Shown: piece by piece, positions 18,989-28,001 of the stretch | Layout of the letters: each line of letters starts with the position of its first letter | How positions within the stretch are numbered: the stretch's first letter is position 1 | Source: Candidatus Hydrogenedentota bacterium | GTDB taxonomy: Bacteria > Hydrogenedentota > Hydrogenedentia > Hydrogenedentales > SLHB01 | Direction of reading: 5' to 3' | NCBI GenBank assembly: GCA_963674865.2 | Contig: CAXXYE010000009.1 | Location: forward strand, 416,001 to 480,000 | Length of the DNA stretch: 64,000 nucleotides | The notes under the pieces: model-generated | Database searches by the model: none | What the model saw: only the letters and a program-made list of their open reading frames with translations | Told to the model about the DNA's origin: nothing | Program-made: the position numbers and the translations under genes

Positions 18989-20644
18989 ATGGCCGAGTGG
19001 TTCACTAGCCTGTCCACAGCGAACCAGATCGCCATTGCCGCGATAGTGGTTTCTGTGATCGTCGCGGCTATCGGCGAAGCAATCAAGCTCCTTCGCAAGA
19101 GCAACGGGGATGTAGTGCTTGATAGGCTCGTCACGGTGTCGAAGGAGGCCGGGCGATCTCAGGAGGAAAACAGGGCGTTAAGGGAAAGAGTCGCCAGACT
19201 TGAGTCAGCGTTGGCGCAGCCGCGACTGGAGGCGGATGCAACCGGCGAGCAGACTCCCCAGCCAACGCAGGAAGCGAGAGAACTGGCCGGCCTGATCACG
19301 GAGGATGACGGCCTGTACGCCCGCGCCTTGAAAGCCATTGCCGAAGGGCATGCCGGCCAAGCCGACGGCTTGCTCGATGAGGCACAGCAAGTCCTGGATG
19401 CCCTCCAGGAGGAGAAGAACCGAGCGCAGATCAAGCTATGGATGGCGCGCATCGACAACGCCCTCTACTCCGGCAAGCCGCGCGACGCTTTGCCGTGGTG
19501 CGATCGACTCACCCCGATTGCCGGTGCCGATGCGAGGATCCTGAGACGCTTGGGCATGGTGTACTACGAAAACGCGGCGTATGGAGAGGCGGAGCCTTTG
19601 ATGGTGCGTGCGCTCGCCATCGATGAGGGCAGTCTTGGGAAAGACCATCCGAACGTGGCTCGGGATCTAAACAATTTGGCGCAGTTGTATCACGCGACTA
19701 ATCGTTTGTCAGAGGCGGAGCCTTTGATGGTGCGCGCGCTCGCCATCGATGAGGCCAGTCTCGGGAAAAGCCATCCAAACGTGGCCATGCGACTTAGCAA
19801 CCTGGCGGGATTGTATCAAGATACGAATCGTCTGTTAGAAGCCGAGCCTTTGCTCGATCGCGCGCTGGCGATCGACGAAGCCAGTCTCGGGAAAAGCCAT
19901 CCCGAGGTGGCCATCCGACTAAACAACCTGGCGCAGTTGTACAAGGCGACGAATCGCATGACAGGGGCAGAGCCTTTGATGGTGCGTGCGCTCGCCATCG
20001 ATGAGGCAAGTTTTGGGAAAGAACATCCGAAGGTAGCCATCCGGCTCAACAACCTAGCGGGATTGTATGAGGCGACGAACCGGCTGTCGGAAGCAGAGCC
20101 TCTGATGGTGCGTGCGCTGGCCATCGATGAGGCGAGTCTCGGGAAAGACCATCCGAACGTAGCTCGGGATCTAAGCAACCTGGCGCAGTTATGCAAGGCA
20201 ACGACTCGCCTGTCGGAGGCGGAGCCTCTGATGGAGCGTGCGCTGGCCATCGATGAGGCGAGTCTCGGGAAAGAACATCCGGCTGTGGCCCGGGATCTGA
20301 ACAATCTGGCCGTGTTGTATCAAGATACGAATCGTCTCTCTGCAGCAGAGCCGTTGATGAAACGTGCGCTTTCGATAATTCAGGCAAGTCTCGGGGAGGA
20401 TCATCCCAACGTGGCCATTCCTCTGAACAATCTGGCGCACTTGTATAAGCTGACGAACCAGCTCGCCGCGGCTGTGCCATTGGTGCAACGTGCGCTGGCC
20501 ATTCTCGAAGCCAGCTTCGGCCCGGAGCATCCCGATACCATCACCGTTCGGAGCAACCTCGATGCCCTCCGCGCCGAAATGCGGGCGAAGGAAGAGGCGG
20601 CGGATTCCTCCGGGCCGCCCGCAGACGACGGGGTAGACGCGTAG
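18989..20644 (+). CDS. Membrane-anchored TPR protein (42-aa kinesin-light-chain-like repeats)
   Basis: N-terminal TM helix, a coiled coil, then 7 full plus 1 terminal copy of EAEPLMxRALAIDEASLGKxHPxVAxxLNNLAxLY. Confidence 0.92.
   Translation: MAEWFTSLSTANQIAIAAIVVSVIVAAIGEAIKLLRKSNGDVVLDRLVTVSKEAGRSQEENRALRERVARLESALAQPRLEADATGEQTPQPTQEARELAGLITEDDGLYARALKAIAEGHAGQADGLLDEAQQVLDALQEEKNRAQIKLWMARIDNALYSGKPRDALPWCDRLTPIAGADARILRRLGMVYYENAAYGEAEPLMVRALAIDEGSLGKDHPNVARDLNNLAQLYHATNRLSEAEPLMVRALAIDEASLGKSHPNVAMRLSNLAGLYQDTNRLLEAEPLLDRALAIDEASLGKSHPEVAIRLNNLAQLYKATNRMTGAEPLMVRALAIDEASFGKEHPKVAIRLNNLAGLYEATNRLSEAEPLMVRALAIDEASLGKDHPNVARDLSNLAQLCKATTRLSEAEPLMERALAIDEASLGKEHPAVARDLNNLAVLYQDTNRLSAAEPLMKRALSIIQASLGEDHPNVAIPLNNLAHLYKLTNQLAAAVPLVQRALAILEASFGPEHPDTITVRSNLDALRAEMRAKEEAADSSGPPADDGVDA
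19577..20570 (+). repeat. Intragenic 126-bp tandem repeat (about 8 units)
   Basis: DNA period of 126 bp encoding the 42-aa TPR units. Confidence 0.9.
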
Positions 20645-20850
20645 GCCCTCGTTCGTCACTCGAACCATCTTATCTGCGGAGGGCTGCATTCAGCGCCTCC
20701 GCCCGGGCGTGAATACCAAGCTGCGTCAGCTATCCCGAAAGCACCGCGGAGCGCCTGGCCGTGTGCAACGACTTGGCCTGAGAAGGCCCCCTGAGACAAA
20801 TCGGGCGGTGTTAGCGATGGGTCGGGTCGGTGGCGGGGAGGAGAATTCTA

Positions 20851-21153
20851 GCCACAGATGGACACAGATGAACGCAGATGGGGAAGGGTTGTCTTGACGG
20901 GATTCACAGGATTGGGATAGGAGGATTGCAGATTTGAGATAGCAGATCTCAGAGCAAGACTCCGGGCGCCTTTGGTGTGTATAGCCACGGATGGACACGG
21001 ATGAACGCCGATGGGGAAGGGTCCTTTTGACAGGATGAACGGGATTGGGATAGGAGGATTGCAGATCTGAGATAGCAGATCTCAGAGCAAGATTCTGGAC
21101 GCCTTTGGTGTGTATAGCCTCGGATGGACACCGGTGGACGCAGATGGGGAAGG
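20851..21153 (+). repeat. 133-bp intergenic tandem repeat, about 2.3 copies
   Basis: Units start at 20851, 20984 and 21117 (gccacagatggacacagatgaacgcagatggggaagg...ggattgggataggaggattgcagat.tgagatagcagatctcagagcaaga...gcctttggtgtgtata). Confidence 0.92.
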
Positions 21154-21269
21154 ATGTGGTCAAGCTGAGGCTGAGACTCCGAACACGTCGTGGGCGTGAG
21201 ATCGTGTGGATGCGTTGCGGGATTGCGGGAGGAGGAAGCGTTGTCGCAGGTTCTGTGGCTTGGAGTGCG

Positions 21270-21278
21270 TGCTATACT
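21270..21278 (+). promoter_or_regulatory. Extended -10 promoter element for tilS-hpt
   Basis: TGCTATACT about 45 bp upstream of the tilS start. GGAGAGG RBS follows. Confidence 0.5.
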
Positions 21279-21320
21279 CGCCTCGTAACGAGCTCTTGAC
21301 GTGTTTCAGGGAGAGGTGAT

Positions 21321-22709
21321 TTGGCGCGGGCGTGCGGAGCATTGGTGGAAGACGTGGCGGGGATGATCCGCCTACACGGCATGATCCGCGAGGGAGAAAA
21401 AGTGCTCGTAGCCGTGTCGGGCGGGGCGGACTCGGTGTGTCTCCTGCATGTGCTGCACGACCTCGGCTACGCGGTCGAGGTGGGCCATTTCGATCACCAG
21501 ACGCGGGGCGGCGAGAGCGCCGTGGACGCCGTGTTTGTCCGAGAACTGGCCGAAGGGCTTGGACTACCTTGTCACACGGCGAGCCGGCCTATCGCGGATG
21601 AGGCGGCGGAGACGGCCTTGTCGTTCGAGGAATACGCGCGGCAGGCGCGGTATACGTTCCTTGTGGAAACGGCCGCGAAAGCGGGATGCGCGGCGTTGGC
21701 AACTGCCCACCACGCGGACGATCAGGCGGAAACGGTGCTGATGCGGGTCTTACGCGGCACGAGTCCCCGGGGGTTGGCGGGCATCCCGCCGGTTCGAGAT
21801 GAAGGTGGAATTCGCATCATCCGCCCGCTCGTGGGATGTTCGCGGGCGGAGATTCTCTCGTACATGGACGCCCATGAGCTGGCCTACCGGACGGACAGAA
21901 CGAACGCCGACACGCGCGTTCCTCGCAACAAGGTGCGCCGTGAACTCCTGCCGCGGCTTGCGCGCGAGCACAATCCGCAGGTGCGGGAGGCGTTGTGCCG
22001 GCTTGCGGAGTCGCAGCGTGTTGAGAACGCGTTCGTGCAGGCGGCGGCGGATGCCTTTCTCGGGGACTGTCTTGAGGGCGAAGGCAAGGTGAACCGGCAG
22101 AAGTTCCGCGAGGGGGATGCCGCTTTGCAGCACCGGGCCATACTCGAATTGGGCTGGCGGCATGGGGTGGATTGCCCGATGACGCGTGTGAGCGGCGCGG
22201 CGACGTTCATCTGCGAAGGAGGCGCGGGCCAGGCGTTCGATCTTGGGGGCGGCGTCCTCTTGCGAAACGGTCGCGCGTCCACGGCTATTGAGGCGGGCCG
22301 GCCGCCCTTGGATGATCGCGCTGTTCCCCTGGCCGTGCCGGGCGAGTCGGCGGCGCATGGCAAGGCGTTCCGCGTGCGTATGCTCGACGCCCGGCCGGCG
22401 GCGGATCTTGCCGCGTACTGCTCGCCGAGCCGCCAGGTGTTCGACGCAGCAGCGCTGGGGGCTGACGTCGTCGTGCGGCGTCGGCGGCCGGGCGATCGCT
22501 TCACGCCGCTGGGTATGTCGGGCACAAAGAAGCTAAAGGATTACTTCGTGGACGCGGGCGTCGCCGTGTGGGAGCGGGATCTCAGTCTGTTGCTCGTGGC
22601 GGGCGGCCGGATTGCGTGGATCGTGGGAGGCGCGGTGAGCGCCCACGTTGCGGGCGGGCCGGAGACAAGCCGATGGATCGAGGTCGAGGTAGTCGATGCA
22701 GTTGAGTGA
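21321..22709 (+). CDS. tilS: tRNA(Ile)-lysidine synthetase
   Basis: VAVSGGADS, ATAHHADDQAETVLMR, IIRPL, RNKVR, C-terminal GDRF...KKLKDYF. Adjacent to hpt. Confidence 0.96.
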   Translation: MARACGALVEDVAGMIRLHGMIREGEKVLVAVSGGADSVCLLHVLHDLGYAVEVGHFDHQTRGGESAVDAVFVRELAEGLGLPCHTASRPIADEAAETALSFEEYARQARYTFLVETAAKAGCAALATAHHADDQAETVLMRVLRGTSPRGLAGIPPVRDEGGIRIIRPLVGCSRAEILSYMDAHELAYRTDRTNADTRVPRNKVRRELLPRLAREHNPQVREALCRLAESQRVENAFVQAAADAFLGDCLEGEGKVNRQKFREGDAALQHRAILELGWRHGVDCPMTRVSGAATFICEGGAGQAFDLGGGVLLRNGRASTAIEAGRPPLDDRAVPLAVPGESAAHGKAFRVRMLDARPAADLAAYCSPSRQVFDAAALGADVVVRRRRPGDRFTPLGMSGTKKLKDYFVDAGVAVWERDLSLLLVAGGRIAWIVGGAVSAHVAGGPETSRWIEVEVVDAVE

Positions 22710-23217
22710 AGAGCCTTTGATTGATGCACGCGCCATCGCGGCGCGCGTGATGGAACTGGGCCGCGAGGTCTCGCGAGATTTCGCTGAGGGCGATCTGGTG
22801 ATCGTGCCGGTGTTGAAAGGCGGGGCGGTGTTCGCAGCGGATCTGATGCGGCGGCTCACCGTGCCGGTGCGGGTGGAATATGTCTCGGCGCGGAGTTACG
22901 AGGGAACGGCGTCGACGGGGAGCGTATCGTTATCCATGCCGCCGGCGGAGGCGGTGGCCGGCAAGAATGTGCTGATTGTCGAGGACATCCTCGATACCGG
23001 GCGGACGACCTCGGATATTCTCGCGCGGATGCAGGTGCACGAGCCTGCCCGTGTCGCGCTGTGCGTGCTTCTCAACAAGCCGGGACGCCGCGAGGTGGAA
23101 GTCTGCGCCGACTACGTAGGCTTCACCATCGAGGACGTGTTCGTGGTGGGATACGGGCTGGACTACGAAGAGCGCTATCGTGAGCTGCCGTCCGTACACG
23201 TGATCGAGGAGGTTTAG
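22696..23217 (+). CDS. hpt: Hypoxanthine phosphoribosyltransferase
   Basis: VLKGG, VLIVEDILDTGRT, FVVGYGLDY. Conserved tilS-hpt pairing. Confidence 0.96.
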   Translation: MQLSEEPLIDARAIAARVMELGREVSRDFAEGDLVIVPVLKGGAVFAADLMRRLTVPVRVEYVSARSYEGTASTGSVSLSMPPAEAVAGKNVLIVEDILDTGRTTSDILARMQVHEPARVALCVLLNKPGRREVEVCADYVGFTIEDVFVVGYGLDYEERYRELPSVHVIEEV

Positions 23218-23224
23218 GAAATCA

Positions 23225-23276
23225 GGGACAGTCCCGTCTGCGTCCGCCTGCGGCGGACTCCGCTTGGGACAGTCCC
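23225..23276. repeat. REP-like element (GGGACAGTCCC family)
   Basis: gggacagtccc occurs twice around the hairpin gtccgcc-tgc-ggcggac. Homologous to the palindrome in the 30017 and 32396 repeats. Confidence 0.75.
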
Positions 23277-23332
23277 CATTTTCCGTCTCTTTGTGGCTTC
23301 CTCTTGTTCAGTACAGACGGTTCAACTTTGAC

Positions 23333-24184
23333 TCATTGCGTTAGCTCGACAGGCTTGACGGTTCCGCCGCGCGTCAACAGGATCACGTCGTTTCCCGACT
23401 CGATGTACTTGGAGACGCTTAGAACACGGTGCTCCAAGGTCATGGCCTGCTGTTCCGCATAGCGCTTGGCCGCGTCGGCGTCGTCAAAGACCTCGATGTG
23501 GATGTTGTCGAATTCATCGAAGCGGCGTCGTAGATCGCGGCCCAAGCCGATGAGGTCGTCGTCGGTAGCGTCTTGGGATACGAGAATCACCTGCGCCTTC
23601 AGGGAAACGGCGCCCTCGCCGAGTTTCGCGGCTTGCTCGGGCGTGCGGCCCCATTCGGCGATGACTTGTTGCCAGAACTGGCCCGCCGGCACCGGGGGCA
23701 TGGCGTCGGGGGGCGCCAGCTCGGGCGATAATGCAGGCGGCGCAGGTTCAGGCATGGGCGCGGGGGCTTCCGGCTGCGGCGGCGGAAATGCGTCATCGAA
23801 CTCGGGCCTGGGAATCCACAAGCCTTCGGGTGTTTGTCTCGGCGCGGACAGCGCATGCAGGCGGGCAATCTCCTCGCGCAAGAGGGTGTTCTGGGCGCGG
23901 AGTTCTTCAAGCAGATTGTCGACATAGATGTCGAGTACGTCTCTCATTTCCCGGACTTCGCCGCGCAATGCGTCGAGTTCGGCCAGGACTTCATCCATTT
24001 GTCTCGGTGCTTCGGCGGGCGGCTGCTCAGGCGGGGCCGGAAGGACTGCCGCCACGGCAGGGCCCTTGCCCGGGAGAGGCGGCGGTTCGACGGTTGCGCT
24101 CCCGGTGTTTTCGCCCTGAGGGAGCGTACACGTCGCCAACATCATCACCATCAGGGAGAACGCGTAGCGCTGAGATCGTCGCAT
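23333..24184 (-). CDS. Hypothetical exported protein (possible lipoprotein) with coiled coil and Pro-rich linkers
   Basis: Signal-like MRRSQRYAFSLMVMMLATC. The start could alternatively be 24244. Confidence 0.7.
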   Translation of the reverse strand: MRRSQRYAFSLMVMMLATCTLPQGENTGSATVEPPPLPGKGPAVAAVLPAPPEQPPAEAPRQMDEVLAELDALRGEVREMRDVLDIYVDNLLEELRAQNTLLREEIARLHALSAPRQTPEGLWIPRPEFDDAFPPPQPEAPAPMPEPAPPALSPELAPPDAMPPVPAGQFWQQVIAEWGRTPEQAAKLGEGAVSLKAQVILVSQDATDDDLIGLGRDLRRRFDEFDNIHIEVFDDADAAKRYAEQQAMTLEHRVLSVSKYIESGNDVILLTRGGTVKPVELTQ

Positions 24185-24339
24185 CACAGAAGGTCCTTGG
24201 GCCTGACCCGGTTGGTTCTTTTCGCTCGAGAGAGCTTCAATCATACCACGGGGGAGGACGTCATGGCGCGTGTCTGTTGACCCCCGGGCATTATATCCCC
24301 TGTTGGCGTTCGCATAAGGGAAAACGGTTGAAGATGGGA

Positions 24340-25665
24340 CTATTCAAGCAGACGGCGGCGGTCTTTGCAGGTGGGGGCGCCACCAGCCGCGCTCGTTTGA
24401 AGGTGTCTCAGGTATTGGAGCAAGTTCTCTTGGGCGGTAAGGTCGCGAGGCGACGCGGGCGGAGCATTGACGCCGAGTCGTTGCATGAGTAGGGCGATGG
24501 CCGCGAACATTTCTTGGCGGGGGAAGCCGTGTCCTTCGAGGAAGTGGATGAGCTTGATGGTGCGGAATCCGTCAAACCACCTCAGAAACTGAGCATGTAG
24601 CGCGGCGGCATCGCGGGCATTGGCGCGGAGCTTTTCCCAAACGCGGGGGAATTCCTGTTCCTCGAGGAATAGCCGCAAGGCGGGCGCAATGCCACCGGCA
24701 GAGCCAAGTAGTTCATCAGCCAGCCTGTCGAGATTGGCGGCGACGTGGTTGAGCCAGTCTTTGAGGATTTCGTAGCCGTCGGGATGATACAGGCGGTACT
24801 CGTCCTGCGCGGCATCGAGGAAGCGGCGCACGCGCGGGCCTGTTCCAAAGGGAACGCGTTCCGATGGGCGCGGACTTGGGAACACGGTGGTCGAGGTTAT
24901 CTCCTCGACGCCGCCTGTTTTGGCGAGTTGCTGGAGGAAGTAGAAATCCTCGCCTCCCTGGCGGCGATTCATGCCTGAGACGGCGGCATAGGCCTCGGCG
25001 CGGCAGGCGATGGTGGAGCCGATGGCATGGAAGGCGTATGGGGAGCGGGCGTAGCGCAGGCCGAGCACGTGGTAGCGCAGGTAGAGTTCGTAGCAGAGGA
25101 TGGCGGCGCGTTCGCGATCCGTGCCTTCCAGCGGGTGGGCATAGGAGATTACACCGGCCCAGGTATTGCGCTCCTCGAACCAGCGGCGTACGGCGCGGAG
25201 ATAGCCCGGCTCGACGCGGGTGTCAGCATCGAGCGAGAACAGGAGCCTCACGTGGGAGCGTGACTCGCGGAGGACGGCGAGGCCGTGGTCCATGCCGATT
25301 TTTCGCGCGAGGCCGACGCCGTCCTTCGGGCCGAACTCGCGGCCGGGCGAGGCCGCATCGACATAGGCGAGGCGAAGTCCGGTGTCGGCGCCGGACATCG
25401 CACGCAGCTTGGCTAGAGTGCGCTGGTTGTCGTCGGCCCAGGCCTGGGGGGCATCGGCGCGTTGGTTCACCACACAGATAACGAGCGTGTGGGCGAGGTC
25501 GGTGGACGGATTGAGGGCAAGGGAGTCGAGCGTGTCGAACAGGTGGGCGTGTTCGGCCAGGGCGGGAATGACGACCACCTGGTCGATATCGGTAAGGGAA
25601 CGGGCGATCAACGGCCGTGAGGCAAGGTCGGCGCGCTTGTCGAGGTAGGCATCGATGGGGGCCAT
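24340..25665 (-). CDS. GT2-like glycosyltransferase
   Basis: VVVIPALAE, GVGLARKIGMD, SLDAD (DxD), GGEDFYFL, RVPFGTG. Confidence 0.8.
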   Translation of the reverse strand: MAPIDAYLDKRADLASRPLIARSLTDIDQVVVIPALAEHAHLFDTLDSLALNPSTDLAHTLVICVVNQRADAPQAWADDNQRTLAKLRAMSGADTGLRLAYVDAASPGREFGPKDGVGLARKIGMDHGLAVLRESRSHVRLLFSLDADTRVEPGYLRAVRRWFEERNTWAGVISYAHPLEGTDRERAAILCYELYLRYHVLGLRYARSPYAFHAIGSTIACRAEAYAAVSGMNRRQGGEDFYFLQQLAKTGGVEEITSTTVFPSPRPSERVPFGTGPRVRRFLDAAQDEYRLYHPDGYEILKDWLNHVAANLDRLADELLGSAGGIAPALRLFLEEQEFPRVWEKLRANARDAAALHAQFLRWFDGFRTIKLIHFLEGHGFPRQEMFAAIALLMQRLGVNAPPASPRDLTAQENLLQYLRHLQTSAAGGAPTCKDRRRLLE

Positions 25666-25675
25666 GTTCCTTCGA

Positions 25676-26611
25676 TCACCCTTCACGGATGGGTTTTCCA
25701 AGCGCGTGTTCGAGTATTGGACTCGCCGCACGAAAATCCGCGCGGTCGATCCAGTGGATCGTGAAGCCGCGCCGCTCCATCCGGCGAAACCAAGTCTCCT
25801 GGCGTTTGGCAAACTGGCCGATGGCGATGGCGAGCTTGTCGAACAGTTCGGTGCGCGAGCGCATTTCGCCGCGAAGGAAGCTGGCGACATATCGATACTC
25901 GAGGCCCAGGAAGTCGAGCTTGTCCCATGCCGTGCCCTTAGCCAACAGGCCCTCGACTTCCTCGATCAGGCCGTGCGCGAGGCGCACGGCCAGCCGCTCG
26001 CGGAGGCGGCGCCGGAGTTCCTGGCGCGGCCAGCGCGTGCCGAGAATGAGGGGCCGGATATCGGGGGCGGGCGGCGGCTCATGCGCCTGCGAGAATTCGG
26101 CGATCTCGATGGCGCGGATGAGGCGGTCGCGGTCGCGTAGGTCGGACACGTTGTGCACGCGGCCCTTCAGTTCGAGAAGACGGGCGGCCAGATCCTCCAT
26201 GGGCTTTGAGGCCAACGCGGCCCGCAATTCGGGATTCTCCGGCACTTCCACCATGCGGTAGTCTTTCAGGACGGCCTCGATATAGAGGCCCGTGCCGCCT
26301 ACAACCACGGGGAGGACGTTGCGGGCGGCGAGGTCCTCGAACACGGTGTAGAACCGCTGCTGGTAAGCGAAGACGCTGAACTCCTCGTCCAGGTCGCAGA
26401 TATCGATCAGGTGGTAGGGGACGCGGGCGCCGTCGATGTCGTACTCGGCGAGATCTTTCCCCGCGCCGATGTCGAGGCCGCGGTACACCTGGCGCGAATC
26501 GGCGGATACGATCTCGCCGCCGTAGGCGTGGGCGACGCGCACGCCCAGCCGGGTCTTGCCCGAAGCCGTGGGGCCGAGGATAACCACGAGATTGACGCTG
26601 TCCTGAACCAT
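25676..26611 (-). CDS. miaA: tRNA dimethylallyltransferase (MiaA family, GKDL-type paralog)
   Basis: GPTASGKT, SADSRQVYRGLDIGAGKD, VGGTGLY, FAKRQETWFR. Confidence 0.92.
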   Translation of the reverse strand: MVQDSVNLVVILGPTASGKTRLGVRVAHAYGGEIVSADSRQVYRGLDIGAGKDLAEYDIDGARVPYHLIDICDLDEEFSVFAYQQRFYTVFEDLAARNVLPVVVGGTGLYIEAVLKDYRMVEVPENPELRAALASKPMEDLAARLLELKGRVHNVSDLRDRDRLIRAIEIAEFSQAHEPPPAPDIRPLILGTRWPRQELRRRLRERLAVRLAHGLIEEVEGLLAKGTAWDKLDFLGLEYRYVASFLRGEMRSRTELFDKLAIAIGQFAKRQETWFRRMERRGFTIHWIDRADFRAASPILEHALGKPIREG

Positions 26612-26849
26612 GGGGGAATAATACGCGGCCACGCGGATGACGTCGAACTTCATCGCCGGTGGCCGGTGATCGAGAATGCTCACACTTCCTACCATTCACA
26701 GAAGGGATGGGCTACAATGCGCCCCGCCGTCCGGGCCGCGGGCCTTGGGCTTGTGTCTCCGGGGGGCTTTCGGAACGGAGCTGGCACGTGCAGCGTTTCT
26801 CCTTGATGGCTTTGGCACAATGCGATGCAAGCAAGAAAAGGAAGGACTT

Positions 26850-28001
26850 ATGCAGGCAAAACAGGGGAAGGCAAAATCGACGGCTTCTCGAACCATCCGA
26901 ACTTCCCGCGCGGTGAGTCGCGGCTATTGCGTCCGCGAATTCGATCGCCGGAAGATGGGGGTGGAGGCTACGCAGGATGAGGGCGTGATGGCCGAGGAGG
27001 CCAAGAAGTACGACATCCATTTTACGGGCGTCGCCTACGACAAGCGCTATCCCGTGGTGTGGTGCGGCTTCACGAGCTTCATCGGGGATCTCTTGTGGAC
27101 GTTCGATCCGAAGACGAAGAAGTTCAAGTCGAAGGGCTTCATGCCGCTCAGAGAGAAGGAGGAGGTCAAGATCCATCGGGGCCTTCAGGTGGGGCCGGAT
27201 GGGAATCTCTATTTCGGTACGGCGTCTCTTGTGGACGTCAAGCAGCGCGCGGAAGCGCCGGGCGGGCGTCTGTTCCGCTACGATCCGCGGAAGGACGCGT
27301 ACGAGTTTCTGGGGCGTCCCGTCGCGCACGATTACGTTCAGAATATCGACGTGGATCACGAGCGCGGCATCATTTACGGGGCAACCTTTCCGTGCGGGCA
27401 TTTCTTCGGGTGGGATATCGAAAAGCGGAAGCTCCTGTTTAATGAGTATATCGCGCACTGGCCGCATCAAGTCTGTGTTGATGATGACGGGTGTTGCTGG
27501 TCGGCCTACGCGCAGTATCCCGGGGTGGAGCGGATCTTCCTGCTCAAGTACAGTCCGAAGAGCAAGAAGGTGACGTGGACGGATGTGGCCATTCCGGGCG
27601 ATGATGAGAAGCGTGACACCTATATCGACAGTTTCGTAAACGGCGGCAATGGATTTCTCTACATGGGCACTGGCACGGGGGCTTTGTTGCGCCTCGATCC
27701 GCGAAAGACGCGTATCGACATGATCGCCAAACCTGCGGCGAGCGTGGGATTCGGCGCGCTCAGCCAGCCCACGAGGGGCAAGCTCTACGGCATCGCGGGG
27801 AAGTACATCACAAGCGAGGTCTTCTCCTACGACCTCGCGACGGGCGATATGGTGTCGTACGGCCCCGCCTATGACGCCAAGCGGAAGACGACGATCTGCC
27901 GGCCTCACGAGTTGGTGCTTGGGCCGAACCGGTGTCTGTATTGTCCCGAGACGGATAATTTCGAGCGGCAGTGTTACTTCTGGGAGATCCAACTGAAATA
28001 A
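26850..28001 (+). CDS. Hypothetical beta-propeller-like protein
   Basis: Repeated blades ([24 protein letters not shown]). AAGGAAGGA RBS before 26850; alternative start at 26988. Confidence 0.75.
   Translation: MQAKQGKAKSTASRTIRTSRAVSRGYCVREFDRRKMGVEATQDEGVMAEEAKKYDIHFTGVAYDKRYPVVWCGFTSFIGDLLWTFDPKTKKFKSKGFMPLREKEEVKIHRGLQVGPDGNLYFGTASLVDVKQRAEAPGGRLFRYDPRKDAYEFLGRPVAHDYVQNIDVDHERGIIYGATFPCGHFFGWDIEKRKLLFNEYIAHWPHQVCVDDDGCCWSAYAQYPGVERIFLLKYSPKSKKVTWTDVAIPGDDEKRDTYIDSFVNGGNGFLYMGTGTGALLRLDPRKTRIDMIAKPAASVGFGALSQPTRGKLYGIAGKYITSEVFSYDLATGDMVSYGPAYDAKRKTTICRPHELVLGPNRCLYCPETDNFERQCYFWEIQLK

Noticed and set aside
19577..20570. 126-bp periodicity as a non-coding array or DGR template
   Set aside because: Fully explained by in-frame 42-aa TPR units. 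No reverse transcriptase is nearby.
20851..21153. Possible CRISPR array
   Set aside because: Whole 133-bp units repeat with no unique spacers, and no cas genes are present.
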